This document shows positions 8,556 through 17,097 of a stretch of DNA of 34,892 nt, in pieces. Below the pieces are notes generated by a model. It made no database searches. It saw nothing but the letters and a program-made list of their open reading frames with translations, and was not told the DNA's origin. The stretch spans positions 1-34,892 of the forward strand of contig JAYODI010000042.1 in NCBI GenBank assembly GCA_038279365.1, read 5' to 3'. Position 1 is the stretch's first letter. Every line of letters starts with the position of its first letter. Both the position numbers and the translations under genes were made by a program. The stretch comes from Candidatus Latescibacterota bacterium (lineage in GTDB: Bacteria; Latescibacterota; UBA2968).

Positions 8556-9923
8556 ATGAAGGTTAGATCCGATTTAAAGGTCGCAGACTTGAGCAGCAAA
8601 GTGAACCGTGTATTCGAATTGGCCAATCAAAAAGTGCGCAATATCGAAACTTCTTGGAATCCTGAAAATGGAACGCCGGTATTTACAGTTAAGGGCAAAT
8701 ATACCACACGCGGTTGGACCGAATGGACACAAGGTTTTCAGTTTGGGTGCGCCATTTTGGGGTATGAGGCCGTTGGTGATCAGGAACTTTTGAATATCGG
8801 TCGTCGGGGCACTGTCGAGCAAATGGCCTCGCACGTTACGCATTTTGGCGTGCACGATCACGGGTTTAACAATGTTTCAACCTATGGCAACTTAAGGCGT
8901 TTAATGCGCGAAGGGGTATTGCCTCAAAATGAATGGGAAAACCACTTTTATGAGTTGGCTCTCAAAGCCACTGGTGCAGTGCAAGCCGAGCGATGGACGA
9001 CCATTGCAGATGGCAAAGGGTATATTCATTCGTTTAATGGCCCTCATTCCCTGTTTTCAGATACCATTCGTTCCTGCCGAGCCTTGGCCGTTTCTCACGA
9101 TTTGGGCCATACCCACATGGGGGAAAATGACCGTTCCACATCCCTGTTGGAGCGTTTGCTCCATCATGCAGAAACCACTGCCAAATATAACGTTTACTAT
9201 GGCGAAGGACGCGACCAATACGACATTCGAGGACGCGTAGTTCACGAATCTATTTTTAACATTCACGATGGCAATTACCGATGCCCCAGCACCCAACAGG
9301 GGTATGCGCCGTTTTCAACCTGGACGCGCGGTTTGGCGTGGATTGTTACAGGTTATGCCGAATTGCTCGAATATCTCGAAACGCGCTCCGATGAAGAATT
9401 GGATCAATATGGTGGGCGTGATGTGATTATTAAGTGGATGCTCAAAGTTGCTCGTGCAACCGCTGATTTTTATATTGATGGTGCCACGGCCGCCGATGGC
9501 ATTCCCTATTGGGATACGGGTGCGCCAGGGTTGGTTCATTTGGGCGACTATCTCAACAAAAATGCCGATCCATACAACGATCACGAACCCGTAGACAGTT
9601 CGGCAGCAGCCATTACTGCACAGGGCCTTTATCGGTTGGGTAAGTTCTTGGGCAAAGGTGAGGGCGATTCGTATATCCAAGCTGCTTTAACGGTTGCGGA
9701 TACGTTGTTTCAAGCACCTTATTTGTCTGAAGATGCCGACCATCAAGGGCTTATTTTACATTCTATTTATCATCATCCCAATGGGTGGGATCACGTACCC
9801 GAAGGACACAAAATTGCCAATGGAGAGTCTTCGATGTGGGGCGATTATCACGCGATGGAATTGGCGATGTTACTGAAGCGCGAAGCTGAAAATAAGCCCT
9901 ATTTAACATTTTTCGATAAATAA
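8556..9923 (+). CDS. Glycoside hydrolase family 88-like (unsaturated glucuronyl hydrolase-like, (alpha/alpha)6 barrel)
   Basis: GAGGAGG SD before ATG 8556; motifs 'WTEWTQGF', 'HDHGF', 'QGYAPFSTWTRGLAW', 'IPYWD', 'DSSAAAI', 'SMWGDYH'; no signal peptide. Confidence 0.8.
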   Translation: MKVRSDLKVADLSSKVNRVFELANQKVRNIETSWNPENGTPVFTVKGKYTTRGWTEWTQGFQFGCAILGYEAVGDQELLNIGRRGTVEQMASHVTHFGVHDHGFNNVSTYGNLRRLMREGVLPQNEWENHFYELALKATGAVQAERWTTIADGKGYIHSFNGPHSLFSDTIRSCRALAVSHDLGHTHMGENDRSTSLLERLLHHAETTAKYNVYYGEGRDQYDIRGRVVHESIFNIHDGNYRCPSTQQGYAPFSTWTRGLAWIVTGYAELLEYLETRSDEELDQYGGRDVIIKWMLKVARATADFYIDGATAADGIPYWDTGAPGLVHLGDYLNKNADPYNDHEPVDSSAAAITAQGLYRLGKFLGKGEGDSYIQAALTVADTLFQAPYLSEDADHQGLILHSIYHHPNGWDHVPEGHKIANGESSMWGDYHAMELAMLLKREAENKPYLTFFDK

Positions 9924-9944
9924 GGCTGTTGAAAGGAACCCCAA

Positions 9945-10991
9945 ATGTCTCAAGTGGCAGTAGATCAAACGTTTTTGATGGATTTTTTGGTTGATCTTTT
10001 AAACATCCATAGCCCCACAGGGGATACCGATGCGGCCATTGATTTTTGCGCCAAATCGCTTAATGGATGGCCTTTGTCCATTCAAAAGACCACAAAGGGG
10101 GCATTGGTGGCCACATGGCAAGGTGGGGCACAAGATCGCCCCCGTGCAATGACGGCTCATGTAGATACATTGGGCGCAATGGTGAAAGAGATAAAGCCCA
10201 ATGGCCGATTGAAGCTGACAAACTTAGGGGGGCTAAATTGGTCATCTGTCGAGTGTGAAGGTGTTACGGTTCATACACTTTCTGGAGACCATATTCCCGG
10301 TTCTATTATGCCAGTGAAAGCCTCTGCCCATGTTCATGGTGCAGAGGCTTCAGAAATAAAGCGTGAAGCCAGTAGCTTAGAGGTGCGGTTGGATGTGCGG
10401 GTGAGCAATGCTGATGATGTCAAAGCTTTGGGTATTCGAGTGGGTGATTTTGTTTATGTTCATCCCCGCGTTGAGCGATCCAACGGATTTATTCGATCCA
10501 GGTTTCTCGATGACAAGGCGTGTGTGGCGTGTATGGTAGCGGCCATTAAGGCTCTTGCCGATGCCAGGTTAGAACCAGCACAACGCACCACATTTCATTT
10601 TAGCAATTACGAAGAGGTCGGCCATGGTGGGGCGGCTGGTTTACCTGCAGACATTGTTGAGTTGCTTACCTTAGACATGGCTGCCATTGGTGAAGGGCAA
10701 ACGTCAGATGAACACAGTGTGACCATCTGTACCAAAGACACAGGTGGGCCCTATCATTTGGGTTTTAATAAACGACTCATAGCCCTAGCCGATGCTGAGG
10801 GGCTCGATTATCGATTGGATATCTATCCTTATTATGGTTCCGATGGAGAAGCTTTTTGGCGCACAGGGGCCGATGTTGCAGTGGGCTTAATTGGCCCTGG
10901 TATAGATGGATCACATTCCTATGAGCGCACCCATGAAGATTCTTTGCTGGATACAACACGGTTATTGGTTGCCTATCTGTTATCTTCTTAG
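9945..10991 (+). CDS. M42 family metallo-aminopeptidase
   Basis: Metal-ligand motifs 'AHVDTLG', 'RFLDDK', 'YEEVGHG', 'LDM', 'SHSYER'; N-terminal 'SPTG'. Confidence 0.92.
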   Translation: MSQVAVDQTFLMDFLVDLLNIHSPTGDTDAAIDFCAKSLNGWPLSIQKTTKGALVATWQGGAQDRPRAMTAHVDTLGAMVKEIKPNGRLKLTNLGGLNWSSVECEGVTVHTLSGDHIPGSIMPVKASAHVHGAEASEIKREASSLEVRLDVRVSNADDVKALGIRVGDFVYVHPRVERSNGFIRSRFLDDKACVACMVAAIKALADARLEPAQRTTFHFSNYEEVGHGGAAGLPADIVELLTLDMAAIGEGQTSDEHSVTICTKDTGGPYHLGFNKRLIALADAEGLDYRLDIYPYYGSDGEAFWRTGADVAVGLIGPGIDGSHSYERTHEDSLLDTTRLLVAYLLSS

Positions 10992-11174
10992 ATGTTATTT
11001 AATCGTGAAGGTTAAATATTTGGGTGTTTTTTAAGGATTGATATTGTGTGTTTTTATGTTTGGTGTTGTTGGTACATAGGGTGCGCCTAGGTTAGATATA
11101 TTTATCCATGTTCTAAGGTGACAATTCGACCGGCGATTAAACACCAGACCATAGTCACTGCAAGAGAGATCGTT

Positions 11175-11957
11175 ATGAAAACACACATTTTGCTCGTCCT
11201 TTTTGTGGTGATGGGAGGAAAAGCTTTTGCCTATGATACGACCCTTTTGGCAAGGGTATTGTCTGCTGTTGTCCAAGAAGATGGTTTGGTCAATTATAAG
11301 CGTCTCAAATTAGAACCTCAGGATTTGGATGCATTTGTTAATCAGTTGAAAACAGTGGGGCCAACCACCACACCAGATTTATTCACCACACGGGCCGATC
11401 GTTTTGCATATTGGCTAAACGCATACAACGCTTTGGTTCTCTATGGTGTCAAAGAGGCCTATCCCATTTCTTCTGTAAAAGATATTGCCCCATTTTATGG
11501 CTTTTTTAAAAAAAAAGTTTTTCAAGTAGATGGACAACGTTTGTCGCTGGATCATATCGAGCATAACATTTTAAGACCCACGTTTCAAGATCCAAGAATA
11601 CATGCAGCCATTAATTGTGCAGCAAAGGGTTGTCCCAAATTGAATCCCATACCTTTTCAGGCTTCTCATTTAGACAGTCAGTTGCAAAGTGCAATGCGTA
11701 ACATGATTCTTTCCCCCATTCACGTGCGTTTGGATTTAGATCAAAAAACTTTATATTTATCTCAGATTTTTAGATGGTTTGATTCCGATTTTACAAATTG
11801 GCTGAAAGAGAATCATCCAAATCTACCAGCATCTTTACCAAGTTATATTGGCCTGTTTTTGGCAGAACCCCAACGCAAAGCAATCATGGACATTACATTG
11901 AAGATTGTTTTTCGGGAATACGATTGGTCACTTAATGACCAAACCCAATTGCATTAA
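11175..11957 (+). CDS. Secreted DUF547 domain protein
   Basis: Signal peptide ending AFA; 'AYWLNAYNAL', 'SLDHIEHNILR...DPRIHAAINCAAKGCP', 'LSQIFRWFDSDF', 'YDWSLN'. Confidence 0.88.
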   Translation: MKTHILLVLFVVMGGKAFAYDTTLLARVLSAVVQEDGLVNYKRLKLEPQDLDAFVNQLKTVGPTTTPDLFTTRADRFAYWLNAYNALVLYGVKEAYPISSVKDIAPFYGFFKKKVFQVDGQRLSLDHIEHNILRPTFQDPRIHAAINCAAKGCPKLNPIPFQASHLDSQLQSAMRNMILSPIHVRLDLDQKTLYLSQIFRWFDSDFTNWLKENHPNLPASLPSYIGLFLAEPQRKAIMDITLKIVFREYDWSLNDQTQLH

Positions 11958-11974
11958 GCGGAGAAGGAGTAATT

Positions 11975-12376
11975 ATGCGTGTACTCATTGTAGATGACGA
12001 ACCGACTGTGTTGGATTTTTTCTCGCAGGCCGCTCGGGCAAAAGGGGTTGAAAATGTAGATACGGCATCCACGGGAGAAGAGGCACTTGCCAAAGTAATT
12101 GGTCAAACCTACAATCTGATTACTTTGGATATCAGAATGCCTGGGGCAAGTGGCCTTGAGATTCTGTCACCCATTCGAAATATGTGTCCCCATGCCATTA
12201 TTGCGGTTATTTCGGGTCATATTCCCGACGATTTTACAAACGAAATGGCGGGTTGTGCCGATTTGTTGATGCACAAACCTGTTAACCTGATTAATTTTAA
12301 TAAGCTTATGGATGGTGCTTTAAAAATTGCCGAAACGCTTGATAGCATCAAAACCCTCAATGAAGTAGACGTTTAA
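11975..12376 (+). CDS. Single-domain response regulator (CheY-like), canonical
   Basis: VLIVDDE, phospho-acceptor LDIRMPG, ISG, KP all present; AAGGAG SD. Confidence 0.9.
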   Translation: MRVLIVDDEPTVLDFFSQAARAKGVENVDTASTGEEALAKVIGQTYNLITLDIRMPGASGLEILSPIRNMCPHAIIAVISGHIPDDFTNEMAGCADLLMHKPVNLINFNKLMDGALKIAETLDSIKTLNEVDV

Positions 12377-12390
12377 AGTGGGGTTGTATT

Positions 12391-13488
12391 ATGCCAGTTG
12401 ATGTAACAGCGGAATTGGCCAAAATCTTAGATGGTAGCCAAATAACCATCCTAGCAGATGACATAAAGAGTGATATTGATGGGGCGGGGAAGGTGTTGGT
12501 TTGCAAAGGCGACTTGTCTCAAGGATGGTCTATTCGGGGGGCGCGTGCCATTGTCATCGATGGCGATGTTTCAGGCCATCCCAATGCGCTGTCTGAAATA
12601 TTTGCCAATGAGACGGTAATTGTTTTGGGAGATGTGTTACGTGCAAATATTCAGGCTGCTCAGCTATTTGTGAGAGGGGCGGTAACAAATGCATTGCTGT
12701 TTATAAAAGGTGCTATTGAGGTTGGCCAACATGTTTCTGATGTACAAGTGCGTTTGGGGCCATCTACAGATTATTTGAAAGTGATTCAAGAGCGTCACTT
12801 AGAACTGCAAGCCCTAAAGCCACATCGCGAAGAGTTGGCTCAGCAAGTTGAAGCTGCCCGTCGAGGATTGAGTCGCTTGCTTCAAGTGACGGGGGTAAAG
12901 TTTAATCTAAATATTGGCAAAATTGTTCAACAAAGTAAAGATGGGCTTCAGATTAATCTAAAAACCTTTTATGAAGCGGTTGATGGACGTTCAGAAGAAG
13001 AAATTGATCGCGCATTGCGCCAGTTTTTTGCCAAAGCGGTGTTGGGGTTGCTCACGCGTCTTAATCGAGATTATATAGCAAGTGGTCGCGGTCATCAAGA
13101 GCGGTTTAAAAAGGTTGTGTTAAAGCTCCAAGATTTGGTGCTAAAGAGCCGAGAATACGATAAGTTTGTCAATCGCCACCGTTCCGATACGGTTCAAGTA
13201 GAAGCGTTGGGTGACCAATACACGGTCAATTTTCCTAACCTGGTTATTCAGGGTCGTATTCACCCGTCGTTTGAGGTGGCCATTCACGGTGTGGTTGAAA
13301 ATGCGGGTTCCCTTTCATTGCAAGAACACCGTTTGGAAATAGAGGCTGGGCGCAGAGAAGGTGCAGATGAAGCGCGCTTTTTTGTAGGGCAAACGCTTAA
13401 AGACATGGTATTTGTTTCTTCACAAACATTAGAAGATGTCATCATTCATGTTGTAAACAATAAAATTAGTTGGGAATCACGTACTTAA
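12391..13488 (+). CDS. FapA/DUF342-like beta-helix plus coiled-coil protein
   Basis: Repeated 'IVIDGDV', 'VIVLGDV', 'LFVRGAV', 'IKGAIEVG' rungs; helical/coiled-coil middle; 'LVIQGRIHPSFEVAIHG' resembles the DUF342 C-terminal motif. Confidence 0.55.
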   Translation: MPVDVTAELAKILDGSQITILADDIKSDIDGAGKVLVCKGDLSQGWSIRGARAIVIDGDVSGHPNALSEIFANETVIVLGDVLRANIQAAQLFVRGAVTNALLFIKGAIEVGQHVSDVQVRLGPSTDYLKVIQERHLELQALKPHREELAQQVEAARRGLSRLLQVTGVKFNLNIGKIVQQSKDGLQINLKTFYEAVDGRSEEEIDRALRQFFAKAVLGLLTRLNRDYIASGRGHQERFKKVVLKLQDLVLKSREYDKFVNRHRSDTVQVEALGDQYTVNFPNLVIQGRIHPSFEVAIHGVVENAGSLSLQEHRLEIEAGRREGADEARFFVGQTLKDMVFVSSQTLEDVIIHVVNNKISWESRT

Positions 13489-13520
13489 AATTGTGCTACT
13501 GGGGGCTGTTGTTAGGAGCT

Positions 13521-13555
13521 AAAAAAAGCGACGATCATGTGATCGTCGCTTTTTT
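13521..13555. terminator. Bidirectional intrinsic terminator
   Basis: AAAAAAGCGACGATCA / TGATCGTCGCTTTTTT perfect inverted repeat between convergent genes. Confidence 0.9.
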
Positions 13556-13580
13556 ATTTGTTTATGACCATTCCCGTTTA

Positions 13581-14000
13581 TTATGAGGGATTCGGTTTGC
13601 TTACTTGTGTAGGGAATGAGATGACTTTTTGAATTTCTTCAAGGATACGGGTCGGGGTAAATGGTTTGGCCACAATACCAACCACCCCCTGTTTGGCTAT
13701 TTCGGCAGCCAAATCTTCGGTGACAAAACCCGAAATGATAATGGTCGGAATCTTGAGATGTCTCCGCCGCATGACCTTGAGTAAGTCCACACCAGAAGCA
13801 CCTTGCATGTGAATATCCAAAAGCACAAGGTCAACACGGTATTTTTCCATGTAGGCCAAAGCCTCAGTGGCCTTTGATGCATCAATAGCCACACATTTTT
13901 TGGTTTGAATGACTTCCCGCAAAATGTTTCTCATTTCGGGTTCGTCATCCACAACTAAAATTTGAGGTATATGTTCAGTATTTTGTTTGTTCTTGATCAT
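13581..14000 (-). CDS. Single-domain response regulator (CheY-like), canonical
   Basis: ILVVDDE, LLDIHMQGASG, IISG, KPF; ATGA overlap with the aminotransferase stop. Confidence 0.9.
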   Translation of the reverse strand: MIKNKQNTEHIPQILVVDDEPEMRNILREVIQTKKCVAIDASKATEALAYMEKYRVDLVLLDIHMQGASGVDLLKVMRRRHLKIPTIIISGFVTEDLAAEIAKQGVVGIVAKPFTPTRILEEIQKVISFPTQVSKPNPS

Positions 14001-15229
14001 TGTGTGAATGCGGTTTTAATTTTTGAAATGGCATTTAAAATATCATCCATATCTTCCTGTTGGGCAAGTAATAGGTTTTGGAATAACCAAACACTTTTGG
14101 CGCAGGTAGATTCCACATTGGGGCAAGGGTGACGTTGGATGAGGTGAGGGTGTTTTTCTGCAACAGTTTTAATGCCTCCTTCATCTGTGAGTGGGCGTTG
14201 ATAACCTGGGTTACAGGGAATGCCTTCAGCACGGAGGGCTTCCATGAATTCCTCTCGGCTTTTGCCCCCAAATGCTTCGCTGTCATAAAGCATCATAAAT
14301 AAATGGTAACCATGTTGTGTAACCCATGGGCGCCACTGAGGGGGGGTGAGGCCACCAATAGCCTCCAGGCCTTTGCTGAGATATGCCGCATTTTTATTGC
14401 GCAAGTCAATTTGGGGTTCCAAATGATTTAAACGCGCAAGGAGCATGCCAGCCAAATATTCAGAGGTGCGATAATTCCAACCCAAACGAGGATATTCCCA
14501 TCTTTCTCCACCTGGTCGACGTCCCACATCCCGAAAAGCCCATGCTCTGTCTCGAATGTCTTTGTCATTTGTCAGCAAACATCCACCTTCACCTGATGTA
14601 AGATTTTTGCTTGATTGGAAGCTAAATGCACCCACGTGGCCAAGAGAACCGACTTTTCGGCCTTTGTATTCGGCACCATGGGCTTGTGCACAGTCTTCAA
14701 TAACTTTAAGCCCATGTTTTTCTGCTATTTTATTTAATGCATCCATGTCGGCAGGATGACCGCCCAAATGAACGGGCAGTAATGCAACCGTATTTGGCGT
14801 AATGGCGGCTTCAACCGCTTCGGGCAACATTGTAAAGCTTACCGGATCGACATCAACCAGTGACAGGGAACAGCGAACAGACAGGGGGGCACTGGCCGTT
14901 GCAATAAATGTGTAATTGGGAATGATCACTTCTCCGCCATCCGTAAGGCCGTCCAGGTCCAGTGCCGCTGAAACGCCTGCTGAAATGGCTGTGGTGCCAC
15001 TGGGCATCATCATCCCAAAAGCGGCATCACAATAGGCGGCAAAAGCTTGGCCAAATCTGGCCCCCATTGGGGCGGGTAATCCTTCACTTTTGTTCAAATA
15101 CACTTCTTTTAATAAGGGCGCAATTTCTTCGTCCCATTCTTTTTCAGTATTCAATGGCCATTCTGGCCAAGGTTTTTCATCCGCATTGCGAACAGGGCTG
15201 CCGCCCGTCAAGGCAAGTTGATTGCCCAT
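13997..15229 (-). CDS. DegT/DnrJ/EryC1/StrS family PLP-dependent aminotransferase
   Basis: 'IIPNYTFIATA', 'PVHLGG', 'IEDCAQAHG', PLP-lysine motif 'FSFQSSKNLTSGEGG', 'GWNYR'; AAGGAG SD. Confidence 0.95.
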   Translation of the reverse strand: MGNQLALTGGSPVRNADEKPWPEWPLNTEKEWDEEIAPLLKEVYLNKSEGLPAPMGARFGQAFAAYCDAAFGMMMPSGTTAISAGVSAALDLDGLTDGGEVIIPNYTFIATASAPLSVRCSLSLVDVDPVSFTMLPEAVEAAITPNTVALLPVHLGGHPADMDALNKIAEKHGLKVIEDCAQAHGAEYKGRKVGSLGHVGAFSFQSSKNLTSGEGGCLLTNDKDIRDRAWAFRDVGRRPGGERWEYPRLGWNYRTSEYLAGMLLARLNHLEPQIDLRNKNAAYLSKGLEAIGGLTPPQWRPWVTQHGYHLFMMLYDSEAFGGKSREEFMEALRAEGIPCNPGYQRPLTDEGGIKTVAEKHPHLIQRHPCPNVESTCAKSVWLFQNLLLAQQEDMDDILNAISKIKTAFTQ

Positions 15230-15285
15230 GAAATTGCTCCTTGCTGTGGTATATAGGAAACATCATCTAGGACTTATTTGATAAT

Positions 15286-15314
15286 AGAGTAAGATTTACT
15301 TCGTCTTCCGTCAA
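15286..15314 (-). promoter_or_regulatory. Putative sigma70 promoter for aminotransferase-regulator pair
   Basis: Minus strand TTGACG-17 nt-TACTCT. Confidence 0.4.
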
Positions 15315-15331
15315 GGATTTTAGAGGCTTTC

Positions 15332-15360
15332 TTGACCAGATATGGGGCCAAGCGTATATT
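15332..15360 (+). promoter_or_regulatory. Putative sigma70 promoter for the LRV-to-apt gene run
   Basis: TTGACC-17 nt-TATATT. Confidence 0.6.
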
Positions 15361-15405
15361 TATTTTAAATAATGTCCAATTTCTTGCAGTGAAGAAACTT
15401 ATCTT

Positions 15406-16356
15406 ATGAAAATATACCTTGGGACGCCCTTTTTTAGAGGGTTGCATTTTTACACAATATGTTTACTTTGGGTGATGGCTTGTTTTAGCCACCCAGTAGA
15501 AGCGCAACGCAACAAGCCCGATACAACAGTGGTCGAAGATCGAGAATTTTTGCGGTTGTTGCAGCAGTCTAAAGAATTAGATGAAGAGCAAAAGTGGCGC
15601 GCAAAACGAACGACCAATGTTCGTGTTTTAAGACGACTTGCCGATGATGAAGACCGAGGGGTTCGTTTTTTTGTGGCTTTTAACAAATCGACACCCGCCG
15701 ATGCGCTTTTGAAGTTATCGGATGATCCCAACGAAAGCATTCGGTGGGCAGTGGCCATGAACCCGAGCATTCCTGAAGATGTGATGGCCATTTTGGTGTC
15801 AGATTATGCCGAAATTGTGCGTTTGGGATTGGCCGCCAACCCTAATACATCCACCGAAATATTAACGATTTTGGCCGAAGATGTCTCTGTGGCCGTTCGG
15901 CGAAAGGCTGCCGCCAACCCCAACACAGATCCTTTTATACTGGGTGTTTTGTCAAAAGATGTCGAACGCAGTGTGCGTTTGGTTGTGGCGTATAATTCCA
16001 ACACACCACTATATGTGATGGAGCACTTTTCGCTATCCAGCGATGAAGCATTTCGCCTTGCTACTGCCGAAAACACAGGTGCATCGCCAGCCGTGCTGTT
16101 GAGTTTGTGCTTTGATAACAGCTTAGATGTCCGGCGCAAGGTTGCCAATCATCCTGCCATGCCAAGTTCTGGTTTGTTACGGCTTTCTGAAGATACCGAC
16201 TTAGACGTGCGAAAAGCTGTGGTTCAAAATCCCAATACCACCATTGGTGCTTTGGAAAAACTGGCCTTTGATGCAGATGGAAATATCCGAAGAACAGCTC
16301 GCAATCGTTTGGGCAAATTACTCAAAAAACAAATTGCCACAGATCGGGAGCGTTAG
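15406..16356 (+). CDS. Leucine-rich repeat variant (LRV/HEAT-like) protein with predicted signal peptide
   Basis: About ten 24-aa repeats of L-x-x-L-[AS]-x-D-x4-VR-x-x-[VA]A-x-NP-x-T; N-terminal hydrophobic stretch ending VEA-Q. Confidence 0.85.
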   Translation: MKIYLGTPFFRGLHFYTICLLWVMACFSHPVEAQRNKPDTTVVEDREFLRLLQQSKELDEEQKWRAKRTTNVRVLRRLADDEDRGVRFFVAFNKSTPADALLKLSDDPNESIRWAVAMNPSIPEDVMAILVSDYAEIVRLGLAANPNTSTEILTILAEDVSVAVRRKAAANPNTDPFILGVLSKDVERSVRLVVAYNSNTPLYVMEHFSLSSDEAFRLATAENTGASPAVLLSLCFDNSLDVRRKVANHPAMPSSGLLRLSEDTDLDVRKAVVQNPNTTIGALEKLAFDADGNIRRTARNRLGKLLKKQIATDRER

Positions 16357-16358
16357 AG

Positions 16359-17069
16359 ATGGCCCGTATCCTTTTAATAGACAGCAATCCCGAAAATCGC
16401 AAATCGATAGAAGGCTTGTTGCGTTACCGAACCTCTCACAAGTTTGACTCTGTTGCCACACACACAGAAGGTGCACGAAAAGCCGTGTCGATGTTGCCAG
16501 ATATTATTATGATGAATGCGCTCTTGTTTATGAGCAAGCATTATGCATTTCCCCGCGTATTACAACAGCACGTAAAAACCAAACATATTTCATTTTTGGT
16601 TCATGCAACAGGTCCATTAGATGAGGTCACAGAAAAACAAATCCAGGCCTCAGGTTTGGCCACAATAATATATTTACCAGCCAGTGCAGAAGAGATTGAA
16701 AGTGGCATTCAGGAAGCTTTGAACCAATCGTCCGTTCCATCTCAAGGAATTGCCTCCGTTGTTTGGCCCCAGGCCAATCCTGGTGATATAACCAAAGTGG
16801 CCTCCCAAAGTGTTAAAAAAACGCCAAAAGTAAAAACGGTACAGTGGCCAGTTGTGTCCAAAGCAAATGAACTGGCTCAGGTAAAGCGTCCATCAAAAAA
16901 AGCGACATCTCATAGGCTTTCTGGTCAACCAACTGGCACACACGAAAAGCCGTCTTCGGGGTTTCGCCCTTCTACATTCGAACAAGTTGAAACGGGGCGT
17001 GAAAGTGAAAAGACTTTTCAAAAGCCTCGCTGGAAAAAGGTTGATCCCAAAGACATAAAAAATAAGTAA
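16359..17069 (+). CDS. Pseudo-receiver domain protein with disordered basic C-terminal tail
   Basis: Receiver-like pattern 'ARILLIDSN...PDIIMMN...IIYLP' with acceptor Asp read as Asn and the conserved Lys absent; K/S/P-rich tail. Confidence 0.65.
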   Translation: MARILLIDSNPENRKSIEGLLRYRTSHKFDSVATHTEGARKAVSMLPDIIMMNALLFMSKHYAFPRVLQQHVKTKHISFLVHATGPLDEVTEKQIQASGLATIIYLPASAEEIESGIQEALNQSSVPSQGIASVVWPQANPGDITKVASQSVKKTPKVKTVQWPVVSKANELAQVKRPSKKATSHRLSGQPTGTHEKPSSGFRPSTFEQVETGRESEKTFQKPRWKKVDPKDIKNK

Positions 17070-17097
17070 GTATTGAGGGGAAGAGGAGGTTGGTTTT

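Noticed and set aside
15600..16300. 72-nt periodicity as a CRISPR or DNA repeat array
   Set aside because: Explained by 24-aa LRV protein repeats that are degenerate at DNA level; no identical direct repeats with spacers seen anywhere in the window
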